Source of the DNA: Naegleria gruberi
Lineage: Eukaryota
Direction: 5' to 3' (one strand)
DNA length: 64,000 nucleotides
Assembly: GCA_000004985.1 (NCBI GenBank)
Contig: GG738860.1
Part shown: in pieces, positions 22,472 to 31,551 of the stretch
How the letters are laid out: each line of letters starts with the position of its first letter
Numbering within the stretch: position 1 is the first letter of the stretch
Program-made: the position numbers and the translations under genes
The notes under the pieces: model-generated
Told to the model about the DNA's origin: nothing
Seen by the model: only the letters and a program-made list of their open reading frames with translations
Databases searched by the model: none

Positions 22472-24361
22472 TTGATGGACAATGGTATTTTGAGATTAAC
22501 ATTGATGTTCAACAATCATAAAAAAATGTCAGAACAAGACACACCATCTTTCTCCAACAATCCGTTTGGTGGTTTTTTTTCTTTCACACCCAATAACAAT
22601 ACAACAACAACAACAAATAATCCATTTGCTGCTTTTTTAAATACTTCTTTGGAAGAAGCCATTTCATCAAGACCAATATTTGGTGGCGGTACATCAGACA
22701 GTTCTTCTTCATCATTGGTTGATGTTGTTGATTCCCAACCAAAACAGGAAGAAACTAAATATTCAATCGACTCAGTGATTTCTGTATTTTCGGAGAGTAT
22801 TTTGGGGATTACAGAAAGTAAAGGTCGTCATCATCAAGTTTACTTGTTAGATATTTCTGATGTTTCAAATATTAGCAAGGTTATCATTTCAGAATTTGAC
22901 ATCAACGTCAAGGGTCAAGAACAAGTCAATTGTGGTTTTAAGAATGTTTCATTAGATTTTGAAAGTTTAGTCTTGAATAAGATTGAAAATGATTCTAAAA
23001 AAGTGAGAGGTGTATGTAAATTATTCAAGAGAGAATACCCTGTAATTGAAAGTGCAATTATTTCAGATTGGAAACCTCATTCAATGTCTTTAAATAATGT
23101 AATTAGAACTCAGGACTATACAGTTATTGGATTTGTTGATCAATTAGCTGTGGCAACAAAATTTGGATGTAAAAATCCATTCTTAGAAAATAGTTCCACA
23201 GAATGTCTTTTCACAGAAGAATTAATATTGGATTCTAATTCAGTAGATCAGTATGCTGCCATTGATACAGATAGCCCTCTAGTTGTACTTCTCCCTTGTG
23301 AAAATTGCAAGGAGAGAAAATATTCATTGAATGGTTTATGTTTCAATGGATCCATCTTCCTATTCGATTTGAAAGAAAGAAAATTTACAAAATCTGTGAA
23401 ATTTACTGATGAATCATTGGGAAAGCAATTTATTTTAAAGAGATTTATGGATAATCCAGAGTTTATTCCCTATTTAGATGGAAATAGATTGAGAAGTTTC
23501 GTTCTCTCTGAACAGAAACTTTATGAATTTTATTGGAATGTCCAGTATGAGGAATTGGTGTGTGTTGAACATTGCATGTGGGTTAGTGGTCAAATTTCAC
23601 AAGTTCGTATCACAGATGAAGAGTTTGGATTCATTATCTCCACATGGGATAAAAAAATAGTTTTATACAAACCAGGTCAAGTGGGAAAACCTTATAATGA
23701 AGGACACGTTAGAATTATAGAAAAGGAAAAAGTGCTTACTCCATCCATTTGGTGCTCAAAGAGTAAGGTTCTCTTTGAAAGGAGCACATATTACAATTAT
23801 GTTCCACTCAATTTTGAAAACCACAATCTTACATTAGAAGAAATCACCAAATCAGAGGTAAAGAATCCTTTTCAACTTTTCAATATAGCAGACTATGCTA
23901 AAGAATTTGAATTTTCATGCTATGATGAATTAATTGATAATTGTTTGAGTATTAAGAAAATCAAGGTTGGCAGAAAACTCAAAGGCCTTAGATCAGAATT
24001 TATTTACAAAGTCGATAACAAAGAATTAGCTGTCCTAGAATTGGAAATTATTGCTGGACTGACCTCTAATCAATCAACCATCATGGTAGAAACAACCTCC
24101 ATTAGACAAAGTGAAAATTTCAAATTATTGGAATTGAAAGATTTTACCAATTTTCTTGGAGCTCCAATTATTTACAAACGTAAAGATGAGAAGAAATTTC
24201 AGTTTACTTCTTTCATTGATTTAAAAGATGGAAAGAAATCTTCTGAAACTGTAATTTTTGGAGATATTAATGAAGGAAGTGGATCCACTTCAACATCATC
24301 AACACCAATATCCAATTTGGAATTTATTGGCCTTTTAGCACCAAAACAAACCAGGAATTAA
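22472..24361 (+). CDS. Hypothetical protein of 629 aa with an N/T-rich N-terminus and NPF/FG-like motifs
   Basis: Long single-exon ORF. NPFGGFF and NPFAAF motifs occur near the N-terminus. No catalytic motif is recognised. Confidence 0.6.
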   Translation: MMDNGILRLTLMFNNHKKMSEQDTPSFSNNPFGGFFSFTPNNNTTTTTNNPFAAFLNTSLEEAISSRPIFGGGTSDSSSSSLVDVVDSQPKQEETKYSIDSVISVFSESILGITESKGRHHQVYLLDISDVSNISKVIISEFDINVKGQEQVNCGFKNVSLDFESLVLNKIENDSKKVRGVCKLFKREYPVIESAIISDWKPHSMSLNNVIRTQDYTVIGFVDQLAVATKFGCKNPFLENSSTECLFTEELILDSNSVDQYAAIDTDSPLVVLLPCENCKERKYSLNGLCFNGSIFLFDLKERKFTKSVKFTDESLGKQFILKRFMDNPEFIPYLDGNRLRSFVLSEQKLYEFYWNVQYEELVCVEHCMWVSGQISQVRITDEEFGFIISTWDKKIVLYKPGQVGKPYNEGHVRIIEKEKVLTPSIWCSKSKVLFERSTYYNYVPLNFENHNLTLEEITKSEVKNPFQLFNIADYAKEFEFSCYDELIDNCLSIKKIKVGRKLKGLRSEFIYKVDNKELAVLELEIIAGLTSNQSTIMVETTSIRQSENFKLLELKDFTNFLGAPIIYKRKDEKKFQFTSFIDLKDGKKSSETVIFGDINEGSGSTSTSSTPISNLEFIGLLAPKQTRN

Positions 24362-24415
24362 ATCTTATTTTCAAAATGGATAAAAACTAAGCCATTGGTC
24401 GCCAACTGAATAATA

Positions 24416-25477
24416 CTAATTAATATCAATTGATTTTAATTGTTTCATTTCAATTATGAATTTGGCTACTTCATCACCAATTTGATTTCTACCAATATCA
24501 AGTGATGTTAATTGTTTCATTTCAATTATGAACTTGGCTCCTTCATCACCAATACAATTGTTACTAATATTAAGTGATGTTAATTGTTTCATTTCACTTA
24601 TGAACTTGGCTCCTTCAGCATAAATTTGATTGTCAGAAATATCAAGTGATGTTAATTGTTTCATTTCACTTATGAATTTGGCTCCTTCAGCATAAATTTG
24701 ATTGTTATTAATACCAAGTGATTTTAATTGTTTCATTTCACTTATGAACTTGGCTCCTTCCACACCAATACGATTGTTATTGACAGTAAGTGATGTTAAT
24801 TGTTTCATGTCACTTATGAATTTGGCTACTTCATCACCAATGTGATTTCTACCAATATCAAGTGATGTTAATTGTTTCATTTCACTTATTGGTTTGATTC
24901 CGTCTATACCAATCCAATCGTTATAAATATTAAGTGATTTTAATTGCTTCAGTTCACTTATGAATTTGGCTCCTTTATCATATATTCGATTTCCACCAAT
25001 ATCAAGTGATGTTAATTGTTTCATTTCACTTATTGATTTGGCTCCTTCAGCATAAATTAGATTGTAAGAAATATCAAGTGATGTTAATTGTTTCATCTTA
25101 GTCATTTCATTTATGAATTTAGGTGTTTCTTCAGAGTTAAACAACATTTCAGAAAATTTAACATCAACAATACTACTCATAAATCGACTATTCATGAATA
25201 ATTTAATTCTATATCCAGTAAATTTTTTTTTAAATTTAATAACCAGTTTGGAACGTTCCTTGATCACATTAAAGAATTGTTTTGAAATTAAAACGCAATT
25301 TTTTAAAATAAACCACGAATCATCAATCATGGAAATTATTTCAAAACAAATATCATCTGAAAATATTTCTTGTTCTGGGAGTGCAACAAGTTTTTTCTTT
25401 TTTGCCTTCTCCTCCATGTCATTATTGTCTAGCTCCTCCGAAATTAATATTTTTCTAATCCTGCTTCGTTTGCTCAT
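24416..25477 (-). CDS. F-box-like N-terminus followed by an RNI-type leucine-rich-repeat protein
   Basis: About ten 24-aa LRR units of the form AKFISEMKQLTSLDI..N.I..EG are encoded by 72-bp DNA repeats. The N-terminus carries the F-box-like segment ICFEIISMIDDSWFILKNCVLISKQFFNVI. The ATG lies at 25475-25477. Confidence 0.75.
   Translation of the reverse strand: MSKRSRIRKILISEELDNNDMEEKAKKKKLVALPEQEIFSDDICFEIISMIDDSWFILKNCVLISKQFFNVIKERSKLVIKFKKKFTGYRIKLFMNSRFMSSIVDVKFSEMLFNSEETPKFINEMTKMKQLTSLDISYNLIYAEGAKSISEMKQLTSLDIGGNRIYDKGAKFISELKQLKSLNIYNDWIGIDGIKPISEMKQLTSLDIGRNHIGDEVAKFISDMKQLTSLTVNNNRIGVEGAKFISEMKQLKSLGINNNQIYAEGAKFISEMKQLTSLDISDNQIYAEGAKFISEMKQLTSLNISNNCIGDEGAKFIIEMKQLTSLDIGRNQIGDEVAKFIIEMKQLKSIDIN
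24440..25110. repeat. Array of about ten tandem 72-bp repeats, near-identical at the DNA level, which encode the LRR units
   Basis: The anchor GTGATGTTAATTGTTTCATTTCACTTATGAA recurs at 24505, 24577, 24649 and so on with a 72-nt period. Confidence 0.7.
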
Positions 25478-25639
25478 TTTTTTTGTAAAATTTCTAAAGC
25501 GCTGTTTTTTGCTTGATATCAAGTAAGTGCTTTACAATTTCTTTTTACAATTCATGTTTGATTGACTTCAAACTTCCACCAATAATAAGAAAAAATTTTA
25601 ATGTGGAGGACTACGTGCTAAATTGTTGTGCAAAAAAAA

Positions 25640-26452
25640 ATGGCGCGAACCAAACAAACCAAAAGAAAAACATGCCCAAACACTGAAGAAGAACGAATCG
25701 AAAAGATTAAACAACGTAAAATCCTTCTTGGTCAAGAAAATCACTCATGGAAAAGAACCTCTCCTTCCTTCATTCTCTACCCGACCGATATTTCCATCCG
25801 CTGCACGATTACCAACTCTGAAACTGATCCGAATTCTAATCAATTATTATTATTATTGGGAAATAAGTTTGTAGAACATGTATGCTCTGATTCAACTTGT
25901 CATTGCGATCTTCCACGAATTAATTGGCAAAAAACTGGATTTTATACACAATTTTTTAGTGATGTTTTGGTTAACCCTAGAAATGATTATACGTTCCTAG
26001 GTGATGGGGAAGCTAGTGAAGAGTATTCAGAAAGGGCAATGAATATTCTTGAAAAAGTGTTAAATAATGTTCAAGCTTATGAAATGAATACGAAACTGAT
26101 CGAATGTGAAAGAAAAAAAGAAAGTATCAACAGTATTACCATTGAATATTCAACATGTGGATCAAAGTGTTATTACAAATCAAATTGTGATTATGAATAT
26201 GAATTTGTAGTATTACTAGTGAGCGAGGATGAACATCTTGCATTTGGACATATTGGATGTCATGCTTTCTATTTATTACCTGGATTGGAATATTTAAATT
26301 CAGATGGAAGTTCACCCAATGTCTGCTCTGATTCCATTATAACCTATGATGAGGAGAATGATATGTACCATCCAAATATTATTCCACTTTCTAAGGTTTT
26401 GAAAAAATCGAAAGAATTTTTAAGAAATGTTTTAGATGACAGATATCACTAG
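25640..26452 (+). CDS. Hypothetical Cys-containing protein of about 270 aa
   Basis: Single-exon ORF beginning MARTKQTKRK, with no recognised domain. Confidence 0.55.
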   Translation: MARTKQTKRKTCPNTEEERIEKIKQRKILLGQENHSWKRTSPSFILYPTDISIRCTITNSETDPNSNQLLLLLGNKFVEHVCSDSTCHCDLPRINWQKTGFYTQFFSDVLVNPRNDYTFLGDGEASEEYSERAMNILEKVLNNVQAYEMNTKLIECERKKESINSITIEYSTCGSKCYYKSNCDYEYEFVVLLVSEDEHLAFGHIGCHAFYLLPGLEYLNSDGSSPNVCSDSIITYDEENDMYHPNIIPLSKVLKKSKEFLRNVLDDRYH

Positions 26453-26598
26453 AGAGTTTATTTTACATATTTGAATTATTGACTGGTACTGTAACAATAA
26501 AATTTATTTTTTGAAACGACAAAATTTGGCGGGGCTGTGTAATGGAAGATCCATATTATTCGAAACAAAAAGAAAGTACCTACGTGAATATTTCGTAA

Positions 26599-27591
26599 AT
26601 GAATGAACTCCATTCACAATTAAAACAATTAGAAAAATCAGAAGAAATTCTTTCGGAAAATCCACACCGTTTCACTCTCTTTCCGATTCAATATCCTAAA
26701 CTGTGGGAAATTTATAAAAAGAGATTGGCATCTTCCATTTGGAGTGTTGAACAATTTGATCAAATTATTAGAAATGACATTTCTAAATTATCGGAAATTT
26801 GCAATTCTGATCACAGTTTCATCAAGATTATTCTTGCGTTTCTTGTTGCAAATTGTAAACAGAAAACAAATCTATGGGGAGCATTCAAAGATATTCAAAT
26901 ACTAGAAGCAAAACATTTCCACGGCTTTCGGCTGGCCATGAAGAATATTCATTACGAAATGTATTGTAATCTATTCGAAATTTTAACAGAAGAAACAGAA
27001 AGAAGTGAACTAATAGAAAAAATGATCAATTCAACCATGAAGAAATCTCAATATACAAAGAAATGGCTCAATTCTGACAATTTATTTTCTGAAAGATTGA
27101 TAGGTTTAGTTTGCATTGAACAGATTTTCCTTTCTGCAAGTTTCTTTTCCATTTTTTGGCTAAAGAAGCGTGGATTAATGTCAGCTTTAACAATTTCCAA
27201 CGATTTGATTTTCAGAGATGAAGAATTTCATTCCAATTTTTTATATTCTCTATATTCGAATTTGAAACATTCTAAACTTCCTCAAACTCTCGTTCATTCA
27301 CTTGTCAAGGAAGCAGTTGACATTGAAAAGGAATTTATTACAAGTTTACCCACTGAATTGATTGAATTGGATAGAAACTCCATGTATCAGTATGTGGAAG
27401 TAGTTTCAGATAACATTCTAATTTCATTTGGTTATGAAAAACTCTTCCATACTGAAAATCAATGTTCATGGATTCAAGACATGTTAATGAACAAGTCGGG
27501 TTTCTTCTGGAAAATTGGATTAGAATCCTATTCTTCCATTCCACATTTCCCAACCATTAACAATGAATTAAAATTGGATGAAGATTTTTAA
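26599..27591 (+). CDS. Ribonucleotide reductase small subunit (R2/RNR2 family), divergent
   Basis: It aligns along its full length with eukaryotic R2: FPIQYPKLWEIYKK, AMKNIHYEMY, IEQIFLSASFFSIFWLKKRGLM, RDEEFH, and a C-terminal R1-binding tail ending ...NELKLDEDF that resembles mouse ...NSFTLDADF. The ExxH ligand Glu is Lys in AMKNIH. The first Asp ligand appears to be Asn in LAFLVANC. Confidence 0.85.
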   Translation: MNELHSQLKQLEKSEEILSENPHRFTLFPIQYPKLWEIYKKRLASSIWSVEQFDQIIRNDISKLSEICNSDHSFIKIILAFLVANCKQKTNLWGAFKDIQILEAKHFHGFRLAMKNIHYEMYCNLFEILTEETERSELIEKMINSTMKKSQYTKKWLNSDNLFSERLIGLVCIEQIFLSASFFSIFWLKKRGLMSALTISNDLIFRDEEFHSNFLYSLYSNLKHSKLPQTLVHSLVKEAVDIEKEFITSLPTELIELDRNSMYQYVEVVSDNILISFGYEKLFHTENQCSWIQDMLMNKSGFFWKIGLESYSSIPHFPTINNELKLDEDF

Positions 27592-28234
27592 CCATTTTCC
27601 AAAACCTCAAATAATTTTGAACTACTTTATATATTTACAAGATTTTTTGAGCAAACAACTTATTGTTTTTGTTGGCTTAATGGTTGTTTTGATGTTGTGT
27701 TCCTTGTTCTTGGTAAACTTGTTCTGGATCAACTTGAGGATAAACTTGTTGGTAAGTATTTAGGGAGTGTTGTTCTCTTTGTGTTTGATAAGAAACTTGT
27801 TGTGGTTGAGTTTCTTGTTGACCTTGACTAATTGCTTTGGCTTGTTTCTTAATAAAAATGACTGAAATAATGGCAATCAATGGATAACCAATTGCAAACC
27901 AAACTCAGACTCATTCGCATTTGGCTGGCTGGTTCAGTAATTAGTCTTTCTCTCAATACAGACACTCCCTCCAATTAAGTAAATAGTCTCAAATATAGTT
28001 ATCACAATTTTGAAAATGATGGAAAAGGAAGCTCTGTTGTTCTTTCACATAAGTGTTTAATTGTTGACTACATTTCCGTACAACCAATTGATCGATTGAA
28101 ATCTGCTTGAACTAATCCAAGTCTTTTTCCTTTGAAAATGTCGTAAAACTGAACTGTACTCGACAAGTGTTCAATGTTCTCAGACTCTCAAAAAAAATTT
28201 GAGCCATCTTGAATCCATTGTAACTTTAAAAAAA

Positions 28235-28999
28235 ATGGCAAACATGATTACTGACATTCCCAATGATGTTCTATTAGACATTCTCTCCGATTTTGACCTA
28301 AAAGATTTATTCAATCTCTCACTCTGTAATCAATTCTTTTTAAAATTAATATTCAATCAGACATTGAAAGATTTCTCCAAGTTTAATCTTGTTAAAAATC
28401 TATCCGAAAAGCCAATACTCTCCCGATACGAATTTAGATATACGAAAGATGAGAAGGATTTTGAATTTTGTAAAACTCAGAATAGAATTTGGAGAATTCA
28501 TTTGATTTCCTACTTTCCCAAATTTAAAAGTGATTTGAATGTGAAAAATTGGCTCCATGTATTGAGGTGGGTAGTTTACAAAGTTTACAATAATTCCAAT
28601 ATTGAAACTCTTACATTTTTTATTTTAATGAAATATTGATTATTTATCATGAAAAGGAGGAGAATTCTCCATTTGAAATTGTATGATCCATCCAAATTAC
28701 CCCTCACTCCAAATACAAATAGTAAATCATTCGAGGTGGAGAAGCCAATCTTTGTACATAGTAACAATGACTCGAAATTTATTGAAGGTTGTGAATGGAT
28801 TTATAAGTGTCCACTCAAATATGAAGAATTATCATTTTTGAAGGAGAATTCAAGATTATGTAAGGAATGTTCCAAAGTTGTTTATTTTGTGAATAATATT
28901 GAGGATTTTACGGAAAAGATTGAGGAAGGAAAGTGTGTAGCATATCAAGCAAAGGTTAAAACGAATTATGTTATTCACATGGGAAGAAAATGTTTTTAA
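28235..28999 (+). CDS. F-box-like protein. ORFs 28199..28639 and 28649..28999 share a frame and are separated by one in-frame stop, so they are either one gene with a short intron or two adjacent genes.
   Basis: F-box-like N-terminus IPNDVLLDILSDFDLKDLFNLSLCNQFF. The downstream segment is Cys-containing, with C-x2-C in KECSKV. Confidence 0.45.
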
Positions 29000-29311
29000 A
29001 ATAATTCCATAAATGGAAATTTAAATTCTCAATTCCAAAAAGTGATGATGAGAACTCATCTCTCAGTTAATCTTTGAATAAGTTCAACACTCTAAATCTC
29101 TATCCAATTAATAAATGATAGTATGATGTGGAATTTATTGTAAATTTTACATTGTTACTTGAAAGTGGTAACATTCTCAGTTCATTAGAAAGGAAGTATG
29201 GAAAATATCACAATTCTAAATCATTGGTTGCAAAAGAGTGGATAAATATGTCATTTGTTAATAAACCAGCGAACAGTCAACTTGAGGATAAAACTCAAAA
29301 AAAACATCATC

Positions 29312-29632
29312 ATGGCCATCACTTGTTGCTTCTCTGACAAACCAATCAATGCATGGGATAAAGGAGATTGGTTATTTGCTTTCATTTTGCTCATGTCTGT
29401 CATTTGTCCACCACTGACAGTTTGTTACTGCTTCTTTTGCATTCCACTCAATAAGAAGAGAATTCACGAGGTTATGGAAGATCCTAGCAGGAGTTTATGG
29501 TGTTCACCTGAAACTAATCCTGCACTTCATATATTCTTGAGCTTTTTATTCACATTACTGTTTTGGTTGCCTGGTGTTTTTCATGCTTGGTATGTCATCT
29601 TTGCAGTTTCAGTTGCTGTACATGGTAAATAA
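29312..29632 (+). CDS. Small two-TM membrane proteolipid of the Pmp3/UPF0057 family
   Basis: Motifs CPPLTV and LFWLPGVFHAWYVIF resemble the Pmp3 signature (LPPLGV ... LGYIPGIIYAIYV). Confidence 0.5.
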   Translation: MAITCCFSDKPINAWDKGDWLFAFILLMSVICPPLTVCYCFFCIPLNKKRIHEVMEDPSRSLWCSPETNPALHIFLSFLFTLLFWLPGVFHAWYVIFAVSVAVHGK

Positions 29633-29770
29633 TTATAAACAGTATTCCAATAAAAGAACACAATATAATGCTTATCTACTAAACCACGTAATTACTCCGT
29701 TGTCGATTAGTAAAAAAAACCTCAACACCAATTTCTCCGCTCAAATAATTTCATATTTACAGTAAAAAAA

Positions 29771-31514
29771 ATGAAAAAAACCGTTGTAAATAATAAGGCA
29801 GACTCATCGGCAACAAAACCAACATTTCAACCGGAGACTTCACATAAGAAGGCCCTTTCAATTTATGGAGGCAGTGCAAAGACGGTAGTAGCTCCCACTG
29901 CTGTGTCTACCTCAAAATCAAATTCTCAGCAAGCAAAAAAAGTTCCGATAATTGTTGATGCTTCTTCTGGTAGTAGTAGTAAATCACAAACAAAAGTTTC
30001 AATTAAGACGGCAACTGTGTCGTCTCAAAAGGATGCCTCTGTTACTCAATCGAAAGAAGAGAAATTAAAGGAATTGTTTGCTCAATTACCTCAAGAAATT
30101 GTGTTGCAAGTTTTGGATTATTATGTTGGTTCGGGATTTAAAGCTTGTTTTCCAAGATTTGAAAAATTGGCAAATACTAATTTTAAGGAAGCATTTGAAT
30201 ACGATTCTTTGAGTTTTGATGAATCAATGTTTTACAAACAATATTTTGGAAAGTTCAAAAACAGAGGAGACACAAACCCAAAACCTATTTTCTGGAGGTC
30301 AGCAAGTGAAAATCTTGTAGATTTAAATAGAATTTCTAAGGAATTCCATTACTTGTTATCATTGCAAATTTAGGTCGAGAACCTATTGATATTTATTACA
30401 AAAAGTTGTGTACTTTATATTTTGCAATTAGAAAGAAAAGACCAAGTGATCTGGAGCAAATAGAGACCAGAAGATTGAATTATATTGCTAATATTTTCGA
30501 GAAGGATAAAGGCTTATGTGAAAAGGTTAAAATTCTTGATTTTTACGGATTGGAAACGTTTGAAGGGACTATTGATTTTGCAGCAAATAATTTTCCAAAT
30601 ATAGAAATACTAACACTAGGGTTTCAACAAGGATTACTAAAGGTTATGAATTTCGTAGAACAATAGATATGTACCAAATTGTTTCTGCAATCTGCAAAAT
30701 GAGCAAATTGAAGGAGTTCAAATTTAAGGGAAGGAACTTTTACTTTGAGGGCATTGAAGAAATCTCAAAGTCAACACCTCTTATTCAGAAATTTTCACTC
30801 ATAGGCTCTAGATCAATTCTTGAATGTGGTAAATCTATTGGAAATTGGAAACATTTAAGAGAAATAGAAGGAGCAGTCCATTCCTACTTTGATAATAGTT
30901 CCATTGCAACTCCACCAACTCCACAAGAACAAACAAATTTCTTCACAGTCATTAATGAAATTAATTTAGAAAAGTTAGAGCTGCTGAATGATGATATTTC
31001 CAGTGCCAAGTTCCATAAACTGCCATCTTCACTCATAACTCTTAACTTGGAAAGAACAAGAGTTAGTTCTAAATTATTTGAAGCAATTTCAGAGTTGGAA
31101 AATCTCAAGATTCTTATTCTTGACAGCACATCTGGGTTCGAAAGTGAAGATTTCCAACATCTCAATAGTTTGCCAAACCTTGAAGAGTTATCACTTAATA
31201 AGAGTTCTCATTGTGGAGATGTTGGGTTGAAACACATCTCTGCCGTTAAAAGTTTGAAAAGAGTTTTCTTGAACAAGTGTGAGATACATGATGAAGGAGG
31301 AATCTCACTTTCCAAATTGAGTAATCTTGAAATTATTGACCTTCAATATTCTGATATTACAGAGAAAACAATTAACAATATTGTTCAAAACTGTAAGAAA
31401 ATCAAAAAGATTTGCGTGTATAAATGTCAGAAAATCTCTAAAAATAAGATAGCTGACCTTCCCAACATAAAACAGATTCTCTCAGAAAATCCAATCAACA
31501 GAGAGTATTATTAA
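29771..31514 (+). CDS. F-box/LRR (FBXL-like) protein. The ORF track splits it into three frame segments, 29771..30373, 30406..30666 and 30669..31514, and the junctions are unresolved.
   Basis: F-box LPQEIVLQVLDYYVG. Cys-containing LRRs run in all three segments (LNSLPNLEELSLNKSSHCGDVGLKHISAVKSLKRVFLNKC). Each junction needs a -1 frame correction. Confidence 0.55.
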
Positions 31515-31551
31515 CATTTAATGATTTGTTTGTTCGAACTTGAGACATTTA

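Noticed and set aside
22472-22640. FG-nucleoporin interpretation of the N-terminus of the 629-aa protein
   Set aside because: Only two FG/NPF-type motifs are present. That is insufficient for an FG-repeat domain, so the gene is kept as hypothetical.
27677-27880. 67-aa Q-rich ORF on the minus strand downstream of the R2 gene
   Set aside because: It is short and low-complexity, it sits in the 3' flank of a plus-strand gene, and nothing beyond its being open supports it.
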